A DNA stretch of 64,000 nt. Origin: Marsupella aquatica. Its lineage: Eukaryota > Plantae > Marchantiophyta. Positions within the stretch are counted from its first letter, which is position 1. The number at the start of each line of letters is the position of its first letter. The stretch covers positions 9,737,560 through 9,801,559 of the forward strand of contig OZ316893.1 in the NCBI GenBank assembly GCA_973895155.1. Reading direction: 5' to 3'. The notes beneath the pieces were generated by a model, which worked only from the letters and a program-made list of their open reading frames with translations, had not been told where the DNA came from and did no database searches. A program made the position numbers and the translations under genes. Shown here one piece after another: positions 1 through 11,734 of the stretch.

Positions 1-1515
1 GGGCACTGATGTTTGCTGAAAATTTGAAGCTAACATCCTGGAGGAATTTCAGAGTTGTTCGTAGAAATCAGTACTCAATGAAGGATAAACTACTCTTGTG
101 TTCACCCCGATCCTTTGGCAATCTCCTGTACACTGGACAGATTTGGACGGCGTGGGAGCAGGTGAGGGAAAATTTGATCTTCTGCCCTGGAAATGGTACC
201 ATCCCAGTGCACTGGAGTGTGGAAGATCTCCTGAGATGCTTGCACTCTTTCTATAACTTAGTAGAGGAAGGTAGAGGAGAGATGGTGAAGATATGTGGTA
301 AATTGGGAGTACGCAAAGTGAAAGATTTTTGGTCTGCGACTGACTGTGCATGGAAGGATCTAACACAACGAATGCAGCGTTTGAGGAATATAGTTGAGTC
401 CGACAAAGATAGTTGTCTTAGACTCTTTTGACTTATATAGGGAACTACTTATGGTGTAAACATTACTGACTCCCCAACTGGTCTTTGGAGATGGTTGGAT
501 TCAGATTCAAAACCTAGAGCTTTTGGATTACCTAATCACAGGGTTTATGAGTTACTGAGAACTAAGGGCTCCAATTTCATTCGACTCAATAGAATCTGCG
601 ATGAATCACTGTCTGAGTTGGAATGGAGTGGGATTTGGATAATATTGTGGACCTCTGATCTCTCTTCCCGGGTGAAGACCTTCATTTGGAGAATCCTAGC
701 ACAGGGACTCTTCTCTGGTTCTAGGGCACTTCGGATTAAGAAATCTGACGGATTCTGTGTGCTATGCTTTGGGGAGGTCGGAACATTACCTCATCTTTTC
801 TGTCAATGCAGATATGCTAGATACAGATGGAGTGTGGCCGGGGAGTGGATGAATGGACTGATCATCGGCCGGGATCGTGGTCTGCTCAAATTGCTGTTGT
901 CATGCAGGGGAAAAGTTTTGCTGAGTACTCTTTGTGCTTTCCTGATATACCAGATCCTTTGGAGCATCTGGTTGGCTAGGAATGAGCAAACCTTTGATTT
1001 GACGAAGAAACGAGTTTTTGACACGACCTCTATCATTTCGGGGGCCTTGGATCACTTGTCTGTAGTGGCAACTTCCTCCAGCTCTAACCGGAAGCGGTCG
1101 CGTCTAATTGGGGCTGCTACCTTGTTAGAAGGGGAAAGGACCAGGATTATGAGGAATGATGTTAGGGTCACATTAGCTTTCTGAGCACTTGCGCTCTGTG
1201 CATTAGCAGTGTGCTGCATGCTGTTTTTTTGGTGTTGAGGGATGCTATCTTAGTTTGTTCTATAAGTGGATGCTGCTGACTTTATTAGTATATCGGTCTT
1301 TACATGGAAAGGAGCATCTCTCCTTCCTTTTAGTTTTGCTTTACTTGCTTCTGCCCACGCTGCTTTGAGCTGTGGCTCTTTCCTAGTTCTGAATGTGAAC
1401 CTCTATGTACTTTTTCACCCCTTCATGGGCTTTATGATGCCCCTGGGCCTGCTTGTTTCCCCGTCCGTGGGGTTCACGCGGAGTAAAATTTGGATTTAAA
1501 AATAAATAAAAATAG
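1..1515 (+). mobile_element. 3' end of an L1-clade LINE (degenerate ORF2 C-terminus with zf-RVT motif, 3' UTR, A-rich tail)
   Basis: ORF 495-1184 has the LINE zf-RVT signature W..LW....SSRVKTFIWRIL..GL.......C..C......HLF.QC..A...W and later LWSIWLARN. The upstream ORF 9-431 is separated from it by a stop and frame break. An A-rich tail AAAAATAAATAAAAATA lies at about 1498-1514. Confidence 0.85.
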
Positions 1516-3624
1516 TAATAGTAGTAGAAGGAAGTTAGCAGCGTCCCATGCCGCTAAGCCGCAAAATCGGCCTCGCCAAGAGCGAAACCTGCGGGAATTA
1601 GCTTGTGCAGAGGGGTTTCTTGGGTTTAGGGAGCCATGGGACGCACCACACAAGCAATTTTATTGGGGTATGAAAAAATGAGTGGTCTCATCACACATTG
1701 AATGCTATTTGTTTACTGTGAAATTGAGGTCTTTTATAGTCTTGGGCGTGACTGTCGGTCCTCACAATTGATGCTCGAATAGTCATGATTGTTATCCCGA
1801 ACCACAACACACCTGAACCCAATCAAAATAGAAAAATCAATGTATTTGAGACATCCTATTGTTCCTAGGATTTCAATTGAACAGCCGTGCCTCCGTTCCA
1901 TCCGAGTCCGGTTTTGACCTCTCGGTTTTGGTCACACAAATACAGTAGGTGGTTTACCACTTGCAATTGATGTCCTAAACTGATACTGTGAGGCCCAGAA
2001 ATTGGTGCGGTCCTTTAGGTATAAGATGCCCTAATAGGGCGTCTCAAAGTTTGCAAAACGCGGGCAGAACGTGTGTCTAAGAGTTCGCGGGCCGGGACCC
2101 ACGAATGTGCGGTTGACCAAGTTGGCGTCCGCACATTCTTGCCCGGGATTTTTTCATTAACCGCAGGCCGCGGACGTGGGTCAGAATATTGGGCCCCTCA
2201 CTTACCAGGGTTTAGGCGAGTGAACAGTCGTCGAGGCTTCTTCCAGCTCCACGGGATCGAGCACGGCAGACAAACGCTCTTAGGTGAGAACGACGACAGC
2301 TGATGTTGAAATTTGAATGTCCCGTGATCGTCTGAAGCAGCAAAGCCATGTCCCTCTCAACCTCGTGAGCACTCGCATCCCAGTGTCATCTACTCTTGTG
2401 AGGTAGTCAGTGCATTCCCGTGCATGCTCGTGACTGTTTGCGCAAGACAGTAGTTGACGTGAGGCGGAGGACAAAGGGTTTTTCAGCACCTGCGGTGAGG
2501 GGAACGAGGTCAAGGCTTTGTACATTGCCTGCCACCGAAGATCTGCAGCAAGTAGGTGCGGTACTAGTCTCATTTGTGCGACGTCATTTGCACCCCTTCT
2601 TACGGTGAGTTACAGGCAGTTTCTTAGCCCCACACCTTCACTTCGTCGTCTCTTTCTTTCTTTGATTTTGGTTTAGTCACCTCTGTTGGTTGCACAATTT
2701 TTATAAATGCATTCTTCAGGCCATGGCTCAATGGACCCCCCTTTCCAATGTTGAGGAGGGCAGGCTTGCTGGGAGAATCAAAAAATATGGACCCTCCTTG
2801 GTCTGTGCAGCCAATTACACAGCTCAAAATCCATACTCATAGAAATTTGTCTACTCTGCCTGCCCTTATACCGTCGACCATGGAGGGCCATGTGGGAAGT
2901 CACTTGAGTTTGGACATCGTTGTGGTCATACATTACAAGGAAAGCCAAAGTTTAGGTTCCAGCTGATGTTAATTGATGCAGCACATCCACCATTGAAACC
3001 TATGAAGGCCCATATATGGGACTCTACCTGCATTTTATTGAATTGCACAGCCTTGGATTTTAGTGTGCTTTCTGAAAAAGACCAAATCTCAACTGTTCAA
3101 TTAGTTCTACAGAAGTGTCCCAAGCTTCAAGTGTCCCTTATTGTGAAGGACCTTGAATTGCATGTCCAGCGCCTGGTCATCTTCGATGACCACATGACCA
3201 TGTCTGCTCCCCTCTATGTAGGGTCTCCAAGTGCCAGGAGCCTTTCCTTCAAGACACCCACTAAAGAGCGAGAAGGCAAACCCCTACCAGTCTTGTCAAG
3301 CGAAACAGTGCCAAGAAAATCCTTGCAGACCTGATTGAGCAGTTGAAGGGTGCTGATTTAGATGATTGATATTTGTCATTCTTCCAATGTGTATGAGTAG
3401 TGGCTTCAGGGTAAATGAGTTGTACTTGGAGACCAACTGCTCCCTCGATGTTTTGCTGTCTCACTCTATATGTATTATTATGGTACATTGGTTTCATTAA
3501 AAATAAAATCCTCCCTTTTGCTTGGTGCATCTTTATAACCAATTCCATGTCATTCTATTCTCGTGGTAATGAGTTCTATTTTGCAACCTTGAATTGGGTG
3601 AAATTGTAATAATGCAGGTGCACC

Positions 3625-3960
3625 ATGCCTAGAATATCTGATTGCCAGTTTCAGTTAAGAATGGTCAAGCAGAAGCTTGAACTCACCATAGCCCTTCAGA
3701 GCTCCTCGTTTGAATCTGATGTGGACTCCATTGAGGGGACCCTTGGAGAGCTTCAATTTGTTATTCTTGGGCAATCAGAGTCAGACACAGATGATGCAGT
3801 CACTACCGCTCTGGATTCATGGACCATGCCCTGGCATTCAAACGAAGGCCAGGGCGGTTCCCGTACAATGTTGGACTGACAGTAAAGAGGACAGCTTCTC
3901 ACAGAAGGTCCTCCCACACTTGTTTGACTGGTTGAGTGTTCGAGGTCCGAGTTGACCCCT
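3625..3960 (+). pseudogene. Possible truncated N-terminus of a Harbinger transposase
   Basis: MPRISDCQFQLR..., then an acidic stretch, then (shifted frame) SQKVLPHLFDW, resembling the start of PIF/Harbinger transposases. It is convergent with the Myb ORF. No DDE core was found downstream. Confidence 0.3.
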
Positions 3961-3974
3961 GTTGCATTCAAAGG

Positions 3975-4263
3975 GCAGCTTCGAGCACTGTCTCCAGATG
4001 TTTAATGCAGGGAGGAATGAGCTTTGAGCACTGAACAAACTTTGAGAAGTATCCAAGATACTTAATGTAGGCACGGAATGAGCTTCGAGAATAGAAAGGA
4101 GCGTCGAGCACTGTCCAAGTTACTTAATGTAGGGAGGAAGGAGCTTCAAGAACTGAAGGAGCGCGCGTCAAGCATTGAAGGAGCTTTGAGCAGTGGAGGA
4201 GTGTCGAGCAATGAAGGAGCTTTGAGCAGTGAAGGAGCTTCGAGCAATGAAGGAGCTTTGAGG
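3975..4263 (+). repeat. Compound tandem repeat: about three 60-bp units followed by five 18-bp units
   Basis: Recurring ...TTAATG(C/T)AGG..GGAA(T/G)GAGCTT(C/T)(G/A)AG... units at 3975-4165, then 18-mers resembling ATTGAAGGAGCTTTGAGC at 4174-4263. Confidence 0.75.
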
Positions 4264-5426
4264 AGTGATTGAGCTTTGAGAAGTGGCTACATGGCAAACT
4301 CACAGCAACCGCTGTGGCTAGTTGACGTGGGCGACAAAGGAGGCACTTTCATTGTTGGCCTTTGGAATTTCCCGAGTTGGCCTCTAAAGGTGAGGCGACC
4401 ATTTCGGGAATTCTTTGGAGACGTAGCTCGCTTTCAGTCTGATTGGCCTAGCATCCAAGTATTGGAATTGCCGTGGTAGAAGTTCTTCAAATTCGCCGAC
4501 GAGGCATTGAAGGAGGATGATAGTGATGGGGAATGCAGCATTCAAAGCACGATTACAGCTTTGAAGGAAGAAATTTTGGATAATGATGATGATTCTGTTG
4601 CGAGTTCAGGAGGTCCAAACTCGAAGGAAAAGACGTCACAATGTGGCCGTGCCCGGCTTTGTCATGGCTGAAGTTCAGAGGTAGAACATTGGTCAAGACG
4701 GGAGTGTGTTGCAGTTCAGGCATTCAGTAGGCGTGCATAGGGTTTTGCGTAGAGTAGGAGTTGTAAGTGTAGGAAACCTGAGGATTATCGATTCCTTAAA
4801 TTGTAATTTGGAGGTGAACCCAAACTGTGGTCATTCGTGAGCCTCGATTTTGTAATGTCGGACATTCTTATGGGAATGTCCAATGCTTTTCGGAAATGTA
4901 AACACTTTGTATGTGTGACTTTTTTCCAAGTGGAATGGCGCTCTTTGCTCATACTTAGAAGAAGGGGTGGATTACCGATTCGAGGGCCCAAGGCATGCTC
5001 TTTCCCTGCAGAGATGCACTGCCGAAAAAGGGTGTGGAACATGATGTCTCTGTTTACAGTTAGAAAATGTAAATTTAGTTGAAAGTGCAGAATGAAATCA
5101 GCATAATGCCCCATTACGCATTATATTATGGACCAGAACGAAGTATTCTGGATGTTTACATTTCAAAGCTGCATCTCCATCTCACACAAATGTAAAATTT
5201 CACTCGCTAATAAGATCTAAGAAGATCTCAATCCCCCGCTCAATCCGCCTCTAAAGGTCCTCGACTGGACCCTAAAATCTGTGTACATAGCCTAATGCAA
5301 ATCTACAATTTTGGGGTCTGTTGGAGGAGTCCGTGGTGCAGAAGTTGTCGTTCTTGTAGGCCCATGGGGATCAGCACTCATGGGAGTATCTTCCGAGTCG
5401 GGAATTAATCACATCAGGGCAACCAC

Positions 5427-6869
5427 CTACTCTGGAGGTTTGTTGCTTTGAAATAGCTCTATTAAAAGCGCTAATTGTTGTTGAGCTTTGAAAAGAGTCA
5501 ACTGATTAAAGAGATCAATTCTGGCACGCTTCTCTTCGTGCTTCCTTTGCATTCTATCCCTGAGTCTTGCCTCCTTAGCCATTGTTTCTCGTGCCTCTCT
5601 GGCCTCCTCAGCCATAATTTCTCGTGCCTCTCTTGCCTCAGCCAAAATTTCTCGTGCATCTCTTTGGTCAGCCAGTTCTTGGGATTTCCATTTATCCTGA
5701 GTTTTGATCATTTGCTGCCTATACACATTTTTCTCACTAAGCTTCTCCATGTACACCTCAGCTAGATTTGGCCACGACGTAGCCTGTGAAGCAGCAGACC
5801 TTCTAGGAGTTCTCCTGTCGGAGTTCACTCTATCCGCATTTGGTGTAGTCGCTGCAGTTGGTGGTGCTTGCGACCCCGTCCCATCATCGGTATGACAGAA
5901 TGTATGATCTCCTGAAGCATATGGGGCTGCCTCTGGACGTGCAGGAGGGAATTGAGGACCGGGATCCGTTTCTGTGCCATTACTCGTGGCTGCAGAAGGA
6001 TCAATGTTGGTGAAGCTTGGTTGGAAGTCAAACTGGGAATCCCCACCATCTTTGCCAAATTCTGTGACAGGCATAGCAAAAATTATTGTGTGCATATACA
6101 CTTTGGGCCAAATGCTGCACATGACGTATTGAATTACACATGCTGCCTCATACCTGTAGTTGGCTCGCTCTGTGGTGTGGTACTTCGAAGTCATCTTGCT
6201 CTTCATCATCAGATCTAGGGTCCACATACAACTCGTCATGCCCTGGCAATCCCGCAGGTAATGTTGCAGGAGGGGTAACATTTGTCCTCTCTCCATACAG
6301 GGCATGCATCCGTTCGAAGTATGGACATATCTTATCCAACTTATCCCCAAGCGTTATACCAGCCCGTAGCTCTGCCATGGAGAGACCAGCGCCTGAATCA
6401 TTTTTGATGGCTAGAGCCTCCTTGTATTTTTTCACGTAACAATTGAACCTTTTGCCAAGGTTCTCACTTGTGCTCACGAATTTCAGGAAGCCTTGGGCAT
6501 GGAGAACAACCAACATGAGTTTGAACACCGTTTTCTTCGAAAGATGTTTTGTCCCAATATAGGCAACCTACGAGACGAGCCATTCAACATGGCAAAATTG
6601 TTAGGATCCTCAAGCCAATCCACGATCTTACCTAAGTGCTCGGCAGTGAGCTTGGTCGCAACCCCACAAACGGGCTGACATTGAGAGGCCACCATATCTG
6701 GTCCTTGTTGTGTTACTTGTGAATCAGGAATCGCAGGACTCTGCGAGTTGAGAGGTGCAGGAAAATCCTGATATGCCCTCATAGAATTAGCCATCCCTCG
6801 CGTTGCACTCTCAAAGTTTGCCAGATTTTTTTCGACGGATTCTGGCGAGAGGGAAGCTTCAAAATTCAA
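5427..6869 (-). pseudogene. Harbinger-type Myb/SANT-like DNA-binding protein (ORF1), frameshifted
   Basis: Three overlapping minus-strand ORFs join into IVDWLEDPNNFAMLNG...ENLGKRFNCYVKKYKEA...SGAGLS...KLDKICPYFERMHALYGERTNVTPP, followed by an acidic/Pro-rich region and a C-terminal coiled coil. This is the typical layout of the PIF/Harbinger accessory protein. There is a frameshift near 6530 and a putative intron at about 6062-6153. Confidence 0.65.
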
Positions 6870-7159
6870 AAATCATCCAGGATTTCAAATAGTGGGACAA
6901 TTCTCTGCGAAGTCGGCGCACTGAAACAGACGCGAATACATTCAAATGCACACTGCGCGGGCGTAGCTTAACCTGGAGTAAACCCAGGTTCAGGAGGGCT
7001 GCGGGCCGTGTCAAAGTTGAGCACCCCCTTTTCTGCATGACCGAAAAGGCAGACTCGGCCGTCGTCTCGGGCAGAATTTTTGGGGGTCAGGTGTCCGAAC
7101 GCGAGATGATGCTGACAGAGAACTTTGAGATGCCCTAATGGAACCGTTCAAGCTCAACA

Positions 7160-7530
7160 CACCCTGTCCTTGTGGCTCGCTTCCATTGGGAGAGAAGGGT
7201 CGCCCACGGAGGGGGCGGAACGGGAAGGGTTACCCGGTTGGCCTTTCGACACTCTACCCACCCTGGGGGCGAACAGTAAGCCAAGGAAGGGCCGAATCAA
7301 AAGGCAGGGGGCGGTGCCCCCTTCATGCCTACCACTCCGGGTGAGGGCCGACTCCAAACGAAAGGGGCGGTGCCCGCACTCTCCACGTTGACGTCCTCCT
7401 GTTGCGTGCCTGCCGCTCCCCTCGAGGGGCGAATCAAAACGAAGGGGGCGATGGCACCGCCTGCCCTTTGCCCGCGGGCAGCTAAAAACGCAAGCATATC
7501 CGCCGATCCTCTCGGCAACCCCTAAAAACC
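7160..7530. repeat. GC-rich segment with dispersed short repeats (probable TE remnant)
   Basis: A motif like AA(C/G)G(A/C)AGGGGGCG(G/A)TG(C/G)C recurs at about 7300, 7357 and 7437. GAATCAAAA precedes two of the copies. Confidence 0.35.
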
Positions 7531-8386
7531 TGCGTCTCTCGTTCGCTTGTGGATCGGCTTTCTTGCATTGGTGCATTCCAGCATCCTCTGAATTCCGTCG
7601 TCGATTACTTGTTCCTCACCCTGAAATCTCAATTGATGGTTTGCGGATCGACGACACATTTAGACTACTCGAATTTATAAGAGATCAGATCGCTCTCTGT
7701 GTCTCTGTCGCTCCCTTTCTCTTTGGGATGTCGGAATAATAAGTGTCGCACCGGATTGCATCGAGGATTCGCTGTTGAGCACTGTGCAGTGCGGGCGAAG
7801 ACTGTTGTTGGTGGTTGCGTGCGACGCCGGTTTGGCCGCATTGACCTTGCCGTGCCCTAGAGATATATTAGTCCTGGCTCTCTCTCTTGTCGTTGCAATC
7901 GGCAGATCGTGGTTGTTTTCATCGTTGCATCCGCTGCCGTGAGCGTTTCGAGTGTTGAGGGATTGGTTGTTTTGGTTGTGGTGCACTTTAGATTTTTGTG
8001 GTGTCGTTTTGGTGCACTTTTTGGTTTTCTGAGGTTTGTGGAGTTTCTTCTTGTCGTCTATTTTCCGAGTGGGAGGGTGAGGTGGAGTCGAGTGACGGAC
8101 GGGTTGCGTGCGCTTCCGAGTTGCTGCTTGCTTGGATCGATCAGGGGATTTGGTTTGCTTCCAGGTCACGAAGGAGAGGAGAGGTTTGCCTCCGTTCGCT
8201 CTATTCCGCTCTGGTCGACGAAAGTTAGGCCTTGAAAATTGAATGAGATTGGAAGCGGACCAGGAAGCAGGGTCAGGATAAGGAAAGGAACGGACGGAAG
8301 TGGAAAAGTTTAGGTCAGTGAGTAGGCAGGCAGGCAGGCAAGCAGGGGAAAGAAAGTTAGATAGAGCATTGGAAATAGGCACTGCC

Positions 8387-8458
8387 ATGCCTTGCCGTCG
8401 TTGCTTTGGTTGTCCGCAAGAGGAACCCTGGTCTTGGCAGATTCGCACATGCACTTAG
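8387..8458 (+). promoter_or_regulatory. Candidate upstream ORF (23 aa, MPCRRCFGCPQEEPWSWQIRTCT) in the 5' leader of the CUE gene
   Basis: gccATG at 8387 and TAG at 8456-8458, immediately followed by the consensus donor GTGAGT (8459) of a probable 5'-UTR intron. Confidence 0.45.
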
Positions 8459-9014
8459 GTGAGTTCTCTATCTCTGTTGCTCTCCGAGTATGATACAGAT
8501 GGCTTCACATTCTGTAATTCCATGTCTCGATGGGGCACTGCTTACCGAAGTTGAGACTTGAATGATAGATAGAAGGATATGTATCCGACGGTCGCTGTGA
8601 TGTATCTTTCATCCGCTGCCTCACGGTAATGTGTCTTCGCAAGGCTTGGTCGCGGGCGCGGGACCTCCGGAACGCTCCCGTGCTTTAGCGTTGGTGGATG
8701 CGTGTATGAATTTATCTCGGGGCCTGAGATCATCGATATTCTCTATTTTCTTTGTCATTTTTCTGTCCGTGGTGTCTTTTCGTTGATGTTGCATGCGGTG
8801 AATTTTGTTTGTCTTTCTTCATAGATTTTCGAATCCTTTGTACTTGATGACCAGATCCGAGTTTTGAAAGAGTAGAGTACGGTCTAAGAGATCCTCTCAG
8901 CCAGCCTGCTCCTGCTGCTCCCCTCTCAGATCGTCGCAGTGTCTGTTGTTGTGGTGATTGCCGCGGAGGGAGGAAAGATTGTGAGAAGAAGAGGCGAGTG
9001 CTGTAACCGTTGCA

Positions 9015-11734
9015 ATGTCTGCGGTGGTTTGCGGCAAGCGGTCCCTTTTCGAGGATATTCACGGCTCCCCACCAATTGCTAAGAGGATACGCTGTGGAGG
9101 AAATTCTCCGATACGCTTCCCCTCCGTTGTTTCTCCCGTAAGAGTTGGCACCGCCGGGGGTTCCGAAGCGGGGTCGCAGGGGCGGCCCGTTGTTTCCTTT
9201 GTGGACGACCAACAACTTCTGCAGCTTCGGGACCTGTTCTCAGAAATGGATGGACAGGTACATCATCACGTTCTTGGGAGGTCTTGCGTCGTTTTCTTCC
9301 TTTCTCTGCTCACTGTTATCAGTTTAGAATTGGTCTCGCACGAAGATTTATTTGTGCTCGTGATGACGGATTGAACAAATCGAACAGTGGGTTCCAAGAC
9401 CGCTACTTTTGGTTCTGGTTAAAATATGCAATTGTCTTGAAGTGACTTTTTTCCTCTGTCTTACTTGCAACAAGAAAGCAGTAGGTCTTCAATCTACCCA
9501 GGGTTTAGCAGTCTTCTATGGAGTCACGAGTTCTGAGCATAGTAATGGTACCTGGATAGGCACAAGGCTTTTGTTTGACGTTCCAAAATTGGTCTGAACG
9601 CTGTTCACTCTTTAGGGTTGATAATCGTCGTGGATTATAGTCCTTCCCTTCCCTGAACTCGAGAGGTCATCGTTGAGGTTTTAAAAGTCATTCGGAATGC
9701 CATCGTTTTTACGAAATTGAAGGGCAGCAGTTCAACGTAGGCTGTAATCGACTCTTGCAGTTGTAATAGGTCGTACTTGTGGGATATCCTGTTATTTCAT
9801 GCATCAATACTTCAATTTCTATACTGAAGAAATACGAGTAGTATAAATGGACTAAACATAGGTTGGACTCGTTCGTGCAGTTGGTGGAGAGAGTGTATGA
9901 ATCTTGTGGAAAGAATTTAGACTCAGCGATTAAGAGCTTGAATGATCTACGGCTGAGTTCAAGTGAGCAGCTGTCCCCACCCAGTGAAAGTGCTGGGCAC
10001 GCAGGAGCTACTGCTGCAGCCGCCTCCACGCATGTGAATTGTGGAGTGTCTAGTGATGGTACGTTAAAAAGTACCTTGATACCACAAAGTCTTCGTAACC
10101 GTGATATTTGACTGACAAATGATGAGGCTGCCTTCCGAGAAAATGTTTACGAAGGGCTTAGTAGATGAGACTGTTCCATGCCACTCTGTGTAGACGCTGC
10201 ATGGGTGTAACTAGATTGCAAGGAACGAGAAGTTATTGTCTAGTAGGAAGAGACTAGTCTTTTAAGGGCAAGTTCCGAGCGGAAGAGATTATGGCTCTTC
10301 AAAGCTGTCAGCACGGTCTGTGTTCTCTTCTGGTTTTGTCTTGTCTTGTTTTCAATGCTCTAGTAAGGTTGTTCCCGAATTTCACCTTTGTCTCATTAGA
10401 ATCGTCTGATTATTTTCGTCAAGCGAATAGATCTAGGCGGGAAGAATTCGTCAAGTGTTGCTGTTGCAATTGCATCGAGTTTGTATTCGCCATCCTTGGA
10501 AATGAGCCAGTGGCGGAGAGGACAGTGGGTGGCAGCTTTGGCGGAACAATCTTGATCCAATGACGGGGAATATAAACTGGATGCTATTGGGCTTCCCTCG
10601 AACGATTATTAGAGAAGCATGATAGTTGTTGGTGGCCATGTAGATGGATTTTGGAAACCGATTATGATAACTATCGAAGACTTCAGATATTGTAACTATG
10701 TGAGGTTATGTTGGGAATTTCAGGTTACCCTCAATCATCAAACGTTCAAGTACCATCGGGGGAGGTCAATCTAACAACTGCCTCAGTTCCAACAGAGGGA
10801 TCCGAATGGGTTGACATGCTAGTCAAAGAAATGATGAGTGCAACAGACCTTGAAGATGCAAGAATGCGAGCCACCAGAGCACTAGAAGCATTTGAGAAGA
10901 TCGTTGCTTCACGGTCAGGGATTGTTGTAGAATTGATGAAAAAGGTGTGCTACAGTTGGTGAATTTCAGTACGCTCGGATTGTTTCATTTCAGCTGTCCG
11001 TGGTATGCAATTGTCATTCGTAGCGCTAAACAGGTCATGTCCTTAATTTACTTTTAGGTGAGAGCTTTTGAGAATGTGTAACTCATGAAGGCATGAAAAC
11101 TCTAATGTGGTCCTTACGGGAGGCTAGGTTCATGTTATGAAAAATGTCCACGGAGGAAAGCTGAATCCGAGAATACTTTACTGACCTTGTTCTGGCCCCT
11201 CTTGATGTTTTCAGGAAAATGCTACTCTAAAAGAACAGCTCCAGGGATTGCTTAGGGATAATCATATTCTGAAGAGAGCGGTAGCTATTCAGCATGAGCG
11301 CCAGTTGGAGCATGAAGATCGATCAAGGGAATTGCAAGCTGTTAAGCAATTGCTTGCTCAACATCAGGAGCAACTTCGATCACTCGAGGTTAGTCTTCGC
11401 TGGTTGCTGGCCGTAAGATGCACTCTAGAAAAATCCTGGTAATCATGAGATTCTAGAGTGCAGCCCTGGTCCTGGTTGTCGTATCGCGTGACATGTACAT
11501 AATATTTTGGACTTTTATTTGCAAACTTTTCAGTATTATTGGCTCGCATTTTGTAGCTCGTGAGCTGTATGCAGAGTTCTGAGCTTTCATTGAGATAGGA
11601 CAGAATGTATATACTAAGAATGTTCCTGCGGTGAATTGCTTGTGTAGTTGAACAATTACGCCCTTTCTTTACATCTGCGCAAAGCTCAAGAAGGCAGTTC
11701 CATCCCAGGGCGATTTCATCCTGATTTGTTTTAG
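9015..11734 (+). CDS. Plant CUE-domain (ubiquitin-binding) protein, 5 coding exons: 9015-9257, 9881-10058, 10724-10944, 11215-11388, 11648-11734
   Basis: Family hallmarks are present: N-terminal MSAVVCGKRSLFED, CUE-like LRDLFSEMDGQLVERVYESCGKNLDSAIKSL, EWVDMLVKEMMSATDLEDARMRA, ILKRAVAIQHER, and C-terminal NNYALSLHLRKAQEGSSIPGRFHPDLF*. All introns are GT-AG with compatible phases. Confidence 0.92.

Larger units (their letters stand above)
2037..7135. mobile_element. Degenerate PIF/Harbinger-like DNA transposon with 15-bp TIRs
   Basis: Left TIR GGGCGTCTCAAAGTT (2037-2051) matches the reverse complement of the right TIR AACTTTGAGATGCCC (7121-7135) at 14/15 positions. The right TIR is followed by TAA, the Harbinger-type target site. 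The left flank is ATA, so the TSD is imperfect. The element contains a Myb/SANT-like ORF. Confidence 0.7.

Noticed and set aside
3975-4263. Regularly spaced repeats resembling a CRISPR array
   Set aside because: Degenerate tandem units without unique spacers, no cas genes, and a eukaryotic context.
7675-8454. 259-aa minus-strand ORF
   Set aside because: Low-complexity antisense translation of the GT-rich 5' leader of the CUE gene; no domain motifs.
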